Assembly: GCA_017448375.1 (NCBI GenBank)
Contig: JAFSLR010000313.1
Coordinates: 2,873 to 66,872 of the forward strand
Source of the DNA: Synergistaceae bacterium
GTDB lineage: Bacteria; Synergistota; Synergistia; Synergistales; Aminobacteriaceae
Direction of reading: 5' to 3'
Length of the DNA stretch: 64,000 nt
The position numbers were made by a program, and so were the translations under genes. The notes beneath the pieces are model-generated. The model was given only the letters and a program-made list of their open reading frames with translations. It was not told the DNA's origin and made no database searches. Every line of letters begins with the position of its first letter. Position 1 is the stretch's first letter. Of the stretch, positions 37,060 to 46,811 are shown piece after piece.

Positions 37060-37183
37060 CTATCCAGACTATTCTGATAGGGCTGTCCGCAGTCTTTATT
37101 CCTTTCAATAACAATGACATACTCTTTCATTGTGAGCATGCTTTCATGTGATAGTCATAGACGCACAATGATTTCACAGTATT

Positions 37184-38122
37184 CTAGAGCATTCGCAGAT
37201 CGTCAAGAGATAGATCTGTGAATTGGTGAATTTGAGCATCGCTCATTCCAGCATTGCGTAATCGCCTAGCAGTATCAAGTTTTTCTTCTCGCCTTCCGCG
37301 TGCTTCACCGCGCTCTTCTCCGACAGCAACTCCGTCATAAAAAATGCTTCTACCTTCGTAATCAAGAACTCTGCCACCCATAATTTCTTTCACCTCTTTC
37401 TGGATATTGTCATACTTAGCGGCGATGTTTTCAAGAACCTTTTTACTCATTTCCAAGATTGTTCTTCTGTCATGAGTAAAGATTTTCCTTTTCTGAACGG
37501 CCTGCTCAAGTCTTGTCATGAAATCAGAGTATTCTCTTTTTAGCTTTTCCAGTTCCGCAGGGTCATGCTCGTATTTTGAGAAATTCTTCTCCAGATTGAA
37601 GATATAGAAAGGCAAGAGGAAGTATAGATCCTTCTCAAAGATTTGAGCCAGAGAGTATGAATTGACTTTCATGATAGGAACGTCAAAATCAACCGTCCCA
37701 CCAGGAGTATTGATAACAATGTTCATAGCGTCAGGAGTATCCTTCTTTGTTCTTAAGAAAAGAACAGCGGCGTTAGGAATGGTGACGATGAGCTTGTGTT
37801 TGAGAATTTTGCCTGAATCGAGGGCTTCCTGAGTAATATACTCAAAAATTCGAATGAGCATGGTATCGTCAGCGGTGGATTGGCACTCAAAGATATACTT
37901 ATCTTCTTGACGGCCTGAAATGATAGAGAAGGAACTATCAGTAATTCTTTTCTGCTCATTTCCGTCTTGCTGGTTAATGAAGTGCTCATTGGGGTGAGTA
38001 ATAATTTTTTCTTTGCCTGTATAATTCTTGCCAAAAATCTCGTTGATGACAGGAATAAGGAGCTGAACACAATCATTCATTAGGGTCCTAAAACAATCAT
38101 CGTACGGGCTGGCAATGTTCAT
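37184..38122 (-). CDS. Rpn/YhgA-like PD-(D/E)XK nuclease / putative transposase
   Basis: Core YIFECQSTADDTMLIRIFEY. A charged C-terminal tail ends ..AGMSDAQIHQFTDLSLDDLRML, as in Rpn-family proteins. Confidence 0.5.
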   Translation of the reverse strand: MNIASPYDDCFRTLMNDCVQLLIPVINEIFGKNYTGKEKIITHPNEHFINQQDGNEQKRITDSSFSIISGRQEDKYIFECQSTADDTMLIRIFEYITQEALDSGKILKHKLIVTIPNAAVLFLRTKKDTPDAMNIVINTPGGTVDFDVPIMKVNSYSLAQIFEKDLYFLLPFYIFNLEKNFSKYEHDPAELEKLKREYSDFMTRLEQAVQKRKIFTHDRRTILEMSKKVLENIAAKYDNIQKEVKEIMGGRVLDYEGRSIFYDGVAVGEERGEARGRREEKLDTARRLRNAGMSDAQIHQFTDLSLDDLRML

Positions 38123-38198
38123 AGTTAATCACCTCTTTGAGAATTAAGCGCCCCATTTTAAGAGTCTATTATTAGGAGACCCCTTTATATAAGCCTAA

Positions 38199-40364
38199 TT
38201 ATACATTGTTTCTCAGCCTCTCCCCCAATCTCGTATTCCTTTCCACAATCTTATTGTTCATAACAGCTATGAACACCGCTTTTCTCTCGCCAACTATAAT
38301 GAGACCCTTCTTCGCGCGTGTGACTCCAGTGTAGAGCAAATTCCTTTGAAGCATGATGAAATGAGCCTTCACGATGGGCATGATCACATAAGGAAACTCG
38401 CTGCCTTGTCCCTTATGGATAGTAGTAGCATAAGCGAGAACGAGCTCGTCAAGCTCAGAAGTATCATATGCGACCAGCTTATCGTCAAATTGGACCATGA
38501 CTTCACCAGAGTCTACCCAGTCAACGATCCCTATATCGCCATTAAAGACCGACTTCTCATAGTTGTTCCTGACCTGCATGACCCTGTCGCCGAGTCTGAA
38601 GTTAATGCCGGCAATCTTGATACCGTCGGGGTTAAGAGCTTCTTGCAGGAGCTGGTTGAGAGCATTAGCGCCGGTATCCCCACGTCTCATTGGTGTGAGC
38701 ACCTGAATGTCGACCGGTTTAATGTCTTGAATGAGCGGAACTATACCTTCCGGCAGAACTTCACTGTCGGGCTGCCCCGCACCTTCCGGCTGATCTCCAC
38801 TTTCCGGCATACCCCTACGCTCTGGCAGAATCCCGCGGCAAATCTCCACAATCTTCTCAGCGGGGTTTTCGCTCTCAATGAACAAGAAGTCGGAATCGTG
38901 GTCAGTCAGATAGGGCATTTCACCCTTATTGATCTTGTGAGCACTGGTGATAATGCTGCTCCTTTGAGCCTGTCTGAATATCTTCTCCAGCCTTATGACT
39001 GGAATGATCCCCGAAGCAATAATGTCAGCTAAGACCTTTCCAGCGCCGACGCTTGGGAGCTGACACACGTCGCCAACTAAAATGACTGTCATGTGGTCAG
39101 GAACGGCTTTGAGCAGGCTGTACATGAGAAGAAGGTCAACCATGGAGCATTCGTCGACGATGAGCACATCCCCTTCGAGTTTATTGTTCTCGTCTCTCTG
39201 GAATCCTTCCGGCGGTCTCATCTCAAGAAGCCGGTGAATGGTCTTAGCCCTCATGTGGGTAACTTCGGACAGGCGTTTAGCGGCCCTTCCTGTGGGAGCA
39301 GCGAGAAGGACTTCGGCTCCGGCTTCGCGATAGGCCTGAATAATGCCTTTAGTGATGGTAGTCTTCCCCGTTCCAGGACCGCCTGTGATGACTAGAATCT
39401 TTTCATTAAGAGCTGCTTCAATGGCTTCAACCTGAGTATCGTCATAGTAGTCTGTGTCAATATCGTCGTAGTCAAAGTAACTCCAGCCGGAAGAGTTCAT
39501 GATCTCATGAAGCCTTCTAGCGACCCCGACTTCAGAATGGTAATACATGGGAAGGTAGATGGTTTCATCTTCTCGTATCAGGTCTTTGTCAGAGAGCATT
39601 GTGTTAATGGCGGCAGTGATCAAATTCTCCTTAACTTCCAGAAGCTCAATAGCGGACGCCATCAAGTCACTCATAACAGCATAGCAATGCCCCGCTTCGG
39701 AGAACCTATTCATGGAGTAAAGAATGCCGCTTCTGAGTCTCTCGAATCGTTCATGCTCAAAGCCCAGCTTAGAAGCAATATCATCAGCGGTCTTGAAGCC
39801 GACGCCCCAGAGTTCATCAGCAAGGCGATAAGGATTCTCAGTGACGGTCTGGATAGACTGAGATCCGTACTGCTTGAAAATTTTTGTAGCGAGAGATGTG
39901 CTTACGTTATAGGACTTAAGGAAGAGCATAATATTCCTAATTTCTTTTTGCTCCGTCCAGCATTTCTTTATCTTATCTAATTTCTTGGGACCGATCCCCC
40001 GAATCTCCGACAGCCTGTCAGGCTCATTATCGAGAATATCGAGAGTAGCTTCCCCGAAACGATCGACAATCTTTTCAGCGTAAGACGGGCCAATGCCTTT
40101 AATGAGACCGCTTGCGAGATAATTCTTAATGCCTTCAATAGTGGCCGGCAGAGTCTCTTCGCACTCTTGAAATGCGAACTCGTAGCCGAACCTAGGGTGA
40201 ACCTTCCAATCGCCATAAAGGTTGAAGACACTGCCGACGTGGACAGCCGGCATGACTCCCACAGCGATAAAGGAGTCGTTGCTGGAGCTGACCCTGACAA
40301 CAGAATAGCCATTCATCTCGTCGCGGAAGGTGATACTATCGATAACACATTGAATTTTTTCCAT
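38199..40364 (-). CDS. recD2: RecD2-type SF1B ATP-dependent DNA helicase
   Basis: HhH region (IRGIGPKKLDKI), VITGGPGTGKTT, LIVDECSMVD, ATTIHKGQGSEF. Confidence 0.9.
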   Translation of the reverse strand: MEKIQCVIDSITFRDEMNGYSVVRVSSSNDSFIAVGVMPAVHVGSVFNLYGDWKVHPRFGYEFAFQECEETLPATIEGIKNYLASGLIKGIGPSYAEKIVDRFGEATLDILDNEPDRLSEIRGIGPKKLDKIKKCWTEQKEIRNIMLFLKSYNVSTSLATKIFKQYGSQSIQTVTENPYRLADELWGVGFKTADDIASKLGFEHERFERLRSGILYSMNRFSEAGHCYAVMSDLMASAIELLEVKENLITAAINTMLSDKDLIREDETIYLPMYYHSEVGVARRLHEIMNSSGWSYFDYDDIDTDYYDDTQVEAIEAALNEKILVITGGPGTGKTTITKGIIQAYREAGAEVLLAAPTGRAAKRLSEVTHMRAKTIHRLLEMRPPEGFQRDENNKLEGDVLIVDECSMVDLLLMYSLLKAVPDHMTVILVGDVCQLPSVGAGKVLADIIASGIIPVIRLEKIFRQAQRSSIITSAHKINKGEMPYLTDHDSDFLFIESENPAEKIVEICRGILPERRGMPESGDQPEGAGQPDSEVLPEGIVPLIQDIKPVDIQVLTPMRRGDTGANALNQLLQEALNPDGIKIAGINFRLGDRVMQVRNNYEKSVFNGDIGIVDWVDSGEVMVQFDDKLVAYDTSELDELVLAYATTIHKGQGSEFPYVIMPIVKAHFIMLQRNLLYTGVTRAKKGLIIVGERKAVFIAVMNNKIVERNTRLGERLRNNV

Positions 40365-40391
40365 ATCTATGCTTTTAATGCCGTAATACAG

Positions 40392-40847
40392 TTATGCTTC
40401 AAGCCAGCTTTTGACTTCACCCGCATTGCTGACGAGCCTTGCGTCAACTGAAGCTGCCCCCTTCAGGTATGGAGCTAACTTCTCAGCCGTTTTGCCGATA
40501 CCAGAGCCGCCGGATGTGGCGAAAGCATACACTCTGATTCCGCTCCAATCGTAGTCCTTGCAGAACGTGTTCACGATGTTGGGAGCAGATCCGTACCAGA
40601 TAGGGAAGCCGATCAGCACAGTATCATAGTCCGAAAGATTCTCCAGCTTACCTGAAACCGGTACGTCCTTCTTGCCGAATTTCTCTCTGTTGCAACGCGC
40701 CAGCGGATTCACCCACCTGATGTCGGCCGCTGTGTAAGGCACCGCAGGTTTGATCTCGAAAAGATCGGCATTGATATTAGCCGCGAGTTCTTTTGCGATC
40801 TTAGCGGTTGTTCCTTGTGCGCTGAAGTAGATAACTAATGTCTTCAT
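40392..40847 (-). CDS. Flavodoxin
   Basis: MKTLVIYFSAQGTTAKIAKELA.., IGFPIWYGSAP. Confidence 0.8.
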   Translation of the reverse strand: MKTLVIYFSAQGTTAKIAKELAANINADLFEIKPAVPYTAADIRWVNPLARCNREKFGKKDVPVSGKLENLSDYDTVLIGFPIWYGSAPNIVNTFCKDYDWSGIRVYAFATSGGSGIGKTAEKLAPYLKGAASVDARLVSNAGEVKSWLEA

Positions 40848-40896
40848 GTTTTGCTCCTTTATGTTATGTTCTTAATTCCCTTAAAGTCTTATTCCC

Positions 40897-41394
40897 TTAA
40901 AACCTTAACTCGTGATAAGTTCTTCCGTCCAAATCTTTCCAGAAGAAGCCGTTGTCGTTCAAAACCATGTAACCGCGCTGACTGTTGCGTCTTGGCTTTG
41001 AGACCGAACCAGGACACAGATCAAGGAAACTGGCCCAAGCAGGCGCATGAGTGTGTCCATGAAGCAGGAGGCTTCTCTCTGGCGATAAAGCGGGGAGCGC
41101 CCTGTGTCCATGAGTAGCAAAAATGACTCTGTCGCGGACGAACAGCAGACAGTATTCAGCCATTATCGGGAAGTCGAGCATAGCTTGGTCTTCCGGATAA
41201 TCACAGTTACCGCGGACACAGAAAATCCCTTTATCCCTGTTCAAGGCGTTGAGCAACTCGGCAACTTCCTTGTTTCCGTCCAGAATATCACCGAGCAGAA
41301 GAACATTTTCAGCCTGCTCCAGATAACAAGCCTTTACGAATTTAGTACAGTCCGAGACAGCGCCGTGAATGTCTGATGCGATTATTATGTTCAT
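40897..41394 (-). CDS. YfcE-family metallophosphoesterase
   Basis: IIASDIHG, LLLGDILD, VRGNCD, ATHGH, LHGHTH. Confidence 0.8.
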   Translation of the reverse strand: MNIIIASDIHGAVSDCTKFVKACYLEQAENVLLLGDILDGNKEVAELLNALNRDKGIFCVRGNCDYPEDQAMLDFPIMAEYCLLFVRDRVIFATHGHRALPALSPERSLLLHGHTHAPAWASFLDLCPGSVSKPRRNSQRGYMVLNDNGFFWKDLDGRTYHELRF

Positions 41395-41436
41395 TTCTCT
41401 CCGAATAATATACTCAATAATATATTATATGTTATC

Positions 41437-41916
41437 ATGAACAGCAAAGGAAGTGAAAGAACAATTCGTATTCTATTTGTATGTCATGGAAATATCTGCC
41501 GTTCGCCAATGGCGGAGTTTATCATGAAGCACTTGATCAGCCGAGCCGGTCTTTCAGAGCAGTTCACGATCTCATCAGCAGCCACAACGACGAAGGAGCT
41601 TGGGAACGATATTTATCCGAACGCGAAGGCAGAACTGAAGCGGCGCGGTATCCCATTCGAGAAACGGCGGGCGCGTCAAATCCGGAGCGATGAATACGCT
41701 GGCTGGGACTTGATCATTGCAATGGATCGTGAGAACCTGGCTGGTATTGAGCGTATTGTAGGGGATGACCCAGAGCATAAAGTGTGGCTTCTGCTGTCAT
41801 TCGCCGGAGAAGAGAAGTCCGTCTCGGACCCATGGTTCACACGGAACTTCGCCAGAGCTTATGATGACATTCTCCGCGGTTGTGAAGGTCTGCTTGGGAG
41901 TCTGCTGGGTGAGTGA
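41437..41916 (+). CDS. Low-molecular-weight protein-tyrosine phosphatase
   Basis: ILFVCHGNICRSPMAE (CX5R P-loop) and a C-terminal DP motif. Confidence 0.85.
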   Translation: MNSKGSERTIRILFVCHGNICRSPMAEFIMKHLISRAGLSEQFTISSAATTTKELGNDIYPNAKAELKRRGIPFEKRRARQIRSDEYAGWDLIIAMDRENLAGIERIVGDDPEHKVWLLLSFAGEEKSVSDPWFTRNFARAYDDILRGCEGLLGSLLGE

Positions 41917-42207
41917 AGGGTATTATCGCTTCTTGTGTGCTCGAAATTGCTCAAGCAGAGCCGATATTCAAGCAGAGCGGCACTCCAGCCTGCCCCTAAT
42001 GCCCCAACTAAGATAAAGACCCGTTTTTCTTAGTGCCTTCATAAGCCGACAAAGGTGAGAAGGCTTCCCGCTGAAGTATTCCCGTTGCTGTCCCAATTGA
42101 ACGCTCAATCAACCCCAACAGTCGGTTAATACTCATAAAAACGAATAATGTCTGAAAGAGCTTTGCTGTGTTAGAATCAAATAAAAAAGAAAGGCCTATA
42201 AACTAAT

Positions 42208-42858
42208 ATGGAAGAAATAATAGCGGACATGAGCGAAGTATCAGTTAACCCCGATAAAACTGTAGGAGTTGACCAGGCTGGAGAACCCCGAACGGCAGAG
42301 GACTCTGCTCCGACAGAAGCCCCCGCTCCAACAGAAGACCAGCTTTCAAAAGGCTCAGGGGACTTTACCCCCGAAGAAAGAGCGACAATAATAGCGATGG
42401 CGAAAGAAGTTGGCTTTGCAAAAGTAGCGAACGAATTTGGCATTAAAGCGCGACTGATAAGTTACTGGGTTCAACAGGAAAAGAAGAGAGCGGCTAGGCC
42501 GACGAAGCCATCAAGGCCGTCAACGTCGCCAAAGCCTAAAGCTAAGGTGAAGGGTAGGAGTTCAAGTCGTACCCTTGTGAAAGAAGTTGCGCGGCCCGAA
42601 CACATAGAAGGTGCTCCATCTGTTGCGGCAGTGCCGGTGAAAGCCATTGAGCCGGCCGAACGTAAGGCAGAGAGAACTGTGTCTGCCAAGCCGACGGGAT
42701 CAGCCCAATCGGCGGAGAGAAGTGAAGCGTTGACTGACAGACAGTCGCTCATTGACAAGCAGGGACTCATTATCGAGAATGCCATTCTGAAGGAAAGGAT
42801 TTTAGCACTGAACGCCGAGATAGAAAAGCTACGAGCGGCATTGACTAGCCTGATGTGA
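42208..42858 (+). CDS. Hypothetical protein with Tnp1/IS3-OrfA-like HTH and C-terminal leucine-zipper-like coiled coil
   Basis: FTPEERATIIAMAKEVGFAKVANEFGIKARLISYW, a low-complexity P/S/K linker, then ENAILKERILALNAEIEKLRAAL. Confidence 0.4.
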   Translation: MEEIIADMSEVSVNPDKTVGVDQAGEPRTAEDSAPTEAPAPTEDQLSKGSGDFTPEERATIIAMAKEVGFAKVANEFGIKARLISYWVQQEKKRAARPTKPSRPSTSPKPKAKVKGRSSSRTLVKEVARPEHIEGAPSVAAVPVKAIEPAERKAERTVSAKPTGSAQSAERSEALTDRQSLIDKQGLIIENAILKERILALNAEIEKLRAALTSLM

Positions 42859-42880
42859 GTATTTGCTGTTCCAGACGAAG

Positions 42881-42985
42881 TCCAGTAATGAAGCAAATCC
42901 CCGAATAGGTATCGAAGGCCTTCGAAGGCAGTTCTTCGAAACGAATTGAGTTATTTACTGCATGGGTTGATAGCTTCAGCGGCTT
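42881..42985 (+). repeat. Direct repeat copy A (~105 nt)
   Basis: Shares with copy B an exact 25-mer aaatccccgaataggtatcgaaggc (42895-42919 / 44111-44135), tcgaaacgaatt, ttattt, gatagctt and cggctt blocks in the same order. Confidence 0.75.
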
Positions 42986-44096
42986 GATCGACTTTAACGC
43001 TGATAGATGAAGAAAACGGTAGGCTTTGCCTTTGTGTCAGGGGTATATGTAATAAAGTATTCTCATGGAAACATCCTATCCATATGAGGTTATGTGAGGC
43101 ATTGACGAGACTGATGTAGCCGGATGTTTCGTTTGAGCTGATTCTTGTTAGCGCCGGTTCTTATGAACTCAAGCATGCCGCCTTTGTCCCAGCCAAGGGT
43201 GAGTGCTGTTCCAGCCGTTCGCTCATGTCGGCGAAGATGTACACAGAAAAGGGATGTACACAGACTATCCGCAGCTCGGCCGCCTGTTCCTTGCCGGCGG
43301 CTCTCCCTGACGGATCGCTCCCAGCCGCAACGCCCTAAGCAGAAGTGAGACCGTCAAATCCGTAGCAGAGCGGTTACTCCGCGGCAATGCGTGCTTAAGC
43401 ATTTATGATATTTATCATATTTGTGATATTCATGAAGTTTAAGGGGCTTTATTGCAGATGAGCAGACACTTGGGGGCAATTTAGAAAAGGCTTAACTAGA
43501 AAACGCAGTGCCGTCCGCAATAAAACGGTAAAAAGCTAGTCAATGATAAGAATTTATGTAGTTTTGTGCATTCTGTGCAGTCTACTTCTGGTTTCTTTCC
43601 TAATGTATGTTTGAAAAAAAATTATAAATAATAAAAATATATAAAGGGATAACCGGAAAATGAGTGCACAGGGTGCACAGAATCGGTAAAGTAAGTAATG
43701 GTAAGAGTTTTATGGAAAAAGATTAGCTTCTGCTGCTCCAGCTTTAGGGTTCTGTTGGTTCGAATGCACCAATTCTTCTAGCCATAATGAAGCGGCCTTG
43801 CTGATAATAGCCGCTTTGTGAGAATGATCCGCGAGAGCGGCGATGGTCGGACGGGGAGCGATCTGAGCCTGACGCGGCCTGACCCTGGGACAGCCGCAAC
43901 TGTGGACATCCGCCGGCTTGAGCGTGAGCAGCCCCAGCGGAGACACGAGAAGGGGAAATTTTGAAGACTTAACTCATGCTACATGAAAGAGTATGCTCAA
44001 ATATATCGAGCGCGCTCATGTGGTTTTCTGACGCGCCTGAGAGAATATTTTCTTGAAGGGTTGGTCATGGAATAAAGTCCGGTGAATGTGGTGCAG

Positions 44097-44206
44097 TCCA
44101 GCGATGAAGTAAATCCCCGAATAGGTATCGAAGGCAGTCCCTATCAGAACGCTTCCTCGAAACGAATTAGGTTATTTGCTTCATAGGCAGATAGCTTGAA
44201 CGGCTT
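44097..44206 (+). repeat. Direct repeat copy B (~110 nt)
   Basis: See copy A. Roughly four-fifths identity by eye, with one variable internal block. Confidence 0.75.
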
Positions 44207-44458
44207 CAATAGCTTTTATCCCTTCAAACACATTAGCGGCCCATATTAAGCCCTGCGTTGAGCAGAGTAATACGTTTCACTACTCTCCCCCCCCCCTTTG
44301 GGAGCGCCGTAAAAGCTAAAAAATGAACGTTGAATATAAACGGCATTCAAGAGTATGAAGGAAACAGGATATGGTAAAAAAACAGCGTTATTATTCGTCG
44401 TAAGAAACTTTTATCCAGCCGGTATGGTGCCTTCCGGTCTCAGGCAGTTGCCAGTTTT

Positions 44459-44824
44459 TCAGGCAGTTGCGGCTGAGCCTGTGAGTCTTTCGACAAGCCG
44501 GTTAAAAAGTTCGTAGCCCTTCTCAGTGGCGGGGAGTTCTATTCTCAATTCTCCCTTTTCAAAGACGAGCACATTGCGGCTTGGAGCAATATTGCCGCTC
44601 GGAACAGCCTGGTTGACCGGCTTCGGTTGAGTCTCCGAAACAAGGCTCTCAGGTTCAACCTGAAGAACCTTTGCGAGTTCAACGATTCTCATGCCTGTTG
44701 GGGCGGTCTCACCGCCTTCCCAGCGTCTGAATGTTGCGATTGAGACACCGAGAGCTTTTGCAACATCGATCTGTGTGAGTTTTGCTTTCTTGCGAAGAAT
44801 ACGGATATTGCTCGATATTGGCAT
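44459..44824 (-). CDS. XRE-family HTH transcriptional regulator
   Basis: ORF track 44459..44854. IRILRKKAKLTQIDVAKALGVSIATFRRWEGGE. ATG 44824 is preceded by AAGGAGAG. Confidence 0.8.
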   Translation of the reverse strand: MPISSNIRILRKKAKLTQIDVAKALGVSIATFRRWEGGETAPTGMRIVELAKVLQVEPESLVSETQPKPVNQAVPSGNIAPSRNVLVFEKGELRIELPATEKGYELFNRLVERLTGSAATA

Positions 44825-44914
44825 TTTTGAGATCACTCTCCTTGAAATGTTCAAGTTTTGATATATTATACCGAAGAAAATATCTTTTATGAAAGTATAA
44901 TAAAGGAGTAAAAG

Positions 44915-45190
44915 ATGTCAAATATTAAAGTTTATCTTCTCCGTTGTTCTGACGGAAGTCTCTATTGCGGTTGGACGAATGACTTGGAGCACCGGCTTGC
45001 CGCTCACAACGCCGGCAAAGGGGCGAAATACACGAGAAGCCGGCGGCCGGTTGAACTGGTCTATTGGGAAGAATGTGAGAGCAAGAGTGCGGCGATGAAA
45101 CGAGAGTACGAGATCAAGCAGCTCAGCCGAGCGGAGAAGCTGGTGTTGTTTGTGTGCAACTCGAAAGAAAAGCTAAATTCTGGTGTCTAG
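44915..45190 (+). CDS. GIY-YIG nuclease family protein (YhbQ/UPF0213-like)
   Basis: VYLLRCSDGSLYCGWTNDLEHRLAAHNAGKGAKYTR..REYEIKQLSR. Confidence 0.85.
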   Translation: MSNIKVYLLRCSDGSLYCGWTNDLEHRLAAHNAGKGAKYTRSRRPVELVYWEECESKSAAMKREYEIKQLSRAEKLVLFVCNSKEKLNSGV

Positions 45191-45238
45191 AGCGATTTGC
45201 AAAACAATAAACATATTTTGATGTAAAATATAAATATT

Positions 45239-45389
45239 ATGAATGCATATTCGAATGACTTACGTAAACGTATATAAACGTATAATTGATGCTATAAATG
45301 ATGGTGATAAGGTTGTTGAGGTTGTAGAACGTTTTTCTGTAGGTGTTGGGTTTGTTTATTCTTTAATTCCTCACTGTCTTATCAATTGA
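45239..45389 (+). pseudogene. IS630/Tc1-like transposase N-terminal HTH fragment
   Basis: MNAYSNDLRKRI then a stop caused by a 10-nt tandem duplication (aaacgtatat/aaacgtataa, 45266-45285). It then continues IDAINDGDKVVEVVERFSVGVGFVYSLI. No DDE domain follows. Confidence 0.3.
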
Positions 45390-45526
45390 TCAAAATTATA
45401 ACTAGGTATTTGGAATGAATTTATGTAAAGGTTATTTGACGCTACAGAATTTTCGTAATTGTTTGGGTTAATTCCCCTGAAAATTTTATTGCCAACATTT
45501 TTACATCTCCAAATGAATCATATCAG

Positions 45527-46675
45527 TTACGGTATTATCTGCGTAAAAAACGTCCAACTACCCCACCCCCAACGATGAAGGGCAGTATAAAAACCATTAA
45601 AATATACACAAAGTATATAATTAATTGCTACTTTCACACCGTAATTATGCCATAGATGCGAATATTTTCTAAGCTCTTCGCTATCATTCAAGGACAAATA
45701 CAATAAAAATAATAGCTCGTTTTTGAACTTGTTCACTGACGTTGAATACTTGCCGCTTGTGTATGCATCAATCCTATCAAGCATGTTTACCAATTCAAGA
45801 ATACGCTCTTTGGCAAGGTTTGCATTCCCTCTTGATGTTTGGCTTAACGAGCCTAAACTGAGGACCCGATAAGCACTCATGAGCTTGTTTAAGAAGTAAA
45901 CTTTCCCTTTAAGCGAGAAATAGATTAACGTGGCGTAATCACCATAAATGCACTTTTCCTGATAAGGAATAGTAACTGCTCCCATTTTCACGCTTTTCCT
46001 GAACATTACTGAATTTGTTGCCAGCATCCATTTTTCAATTAACTCTTCTGTCGATAAGTAGCGTGATTCGTCTATATGTCGGAAATATTTATCATGACGC
46101 AAAGTTCCGTCTTCATTAGCGTAGTAGGCTGCATGGCCGCAAAGGGAACATTCCGGATGCGTTTCCATGAAGTCAACTTGTATTTGAAGCTTATTTTCAT
46201 CCGTCCAAAAATCATCACCTTCGCAAATGGCGATGTATTTTCCTCTTGATATTTTCAGAAATTTTTCGGCTACAACATGGTCAAGTCCCAGTTCAAAATG
46301 GTTTGTTTCGAGTAAAAGAGGCATGATTTTATCAGGATAATTTTCAGCGTATTGCTTGATGATTTCTTGCTGACCGTCCGTAGAGGCATCGTCTTTTACT
46401 ATGATTTCGTATTTGAAGCTGGTCTTCTGATTGACTAAAGAGTCGAGGCAAGTTCTAATGTATTTGCGCTGGTTATGTGTGCTACAAAATATACTAACCA
46501 TATATTGATCCTCTATTGGGTCAGTATCTTGTCTTATCGTAGAGGCACGTACAGCAGTGGAATTGAAAGACATAAGTTCAGTTGGCTTTTGGGAAACCTC
46601 CTTACATAATCTATACATAAAATGCCTTCCTTTCTGTTGTTTGTCTAATTTTATAAATTTCACAGCATATTTCAT
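45527..46675 (-). CDS. Family 2 glycosyltransferase
   Basis: VSIFCSTHNQRKYIRTCLDSLVNQ..IIVKDDASTDG. The true start may be an internal Met (MVSIF..). Confidence 0.8.
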   Translation of the reverse strand: MKYAVKFIKLDKQQKGRHFMYRLCKEVSQKPTELMSFNSTAVRASTIRQDTDPIEDQYMVSIFCSTHNQRKYIRTCLDSLVNQKTSFKYEIIVKDDASTDGQQEIIKQYAENYPDKIMPLLLETNHFELGLDHVVAEKFLKISRGKYIAICEGDDFWTDENKLQIQVDFMETHPECSLCGHAAYYANEDGTLRHDKYFRHIDESRYLSTEELIEKWMLATNSVMFRKSVKMGAVTIPYQEKCIYGDYATLIYFSLKGKVYFLNKLMSAYRVLSLGSLSQTSRGNANLAKERILELVNMLDRIDAYTSGKYSTSVNKFKNELLFLLYLSLNDSEELRKYSHLWHNYGVKVAINYILCVYFNGFYTALHRWGWGSWTFFTQIIP

Positions 46676-46811
46676 AATGTGAATACCTTCATCTTAGGAA
46701 CGATGAATATGACTTATTATATCAGCGATCCAAATTTTGTCCATATCCCCAAATAAAATACGAAGGAGTGTAAAATAGCTCTACTAAGCACTTTAATCCC
46801 GCTCATTGCTT

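Noticed and set aside
43745-43775. tRNA-like GGTTCGAAT motif (possible T-arm, integration target)
   Set aside because: The flanking bases do not form a 5-bp T-stem (only 3 of 5 pairs), and no acceptor, anticodon or D arms could be drawn.
43145-43946. Track ORFs 43145..43348 (+) and 43710..43946 (-) in GC-rich DNA
   Set aside because: Their products are Arg/Pro/Ala-rich with no motifs and no RBS. The opposite or alternate frames look more protein-like but are broken. Reported as probable degraded DNA rather than genes.
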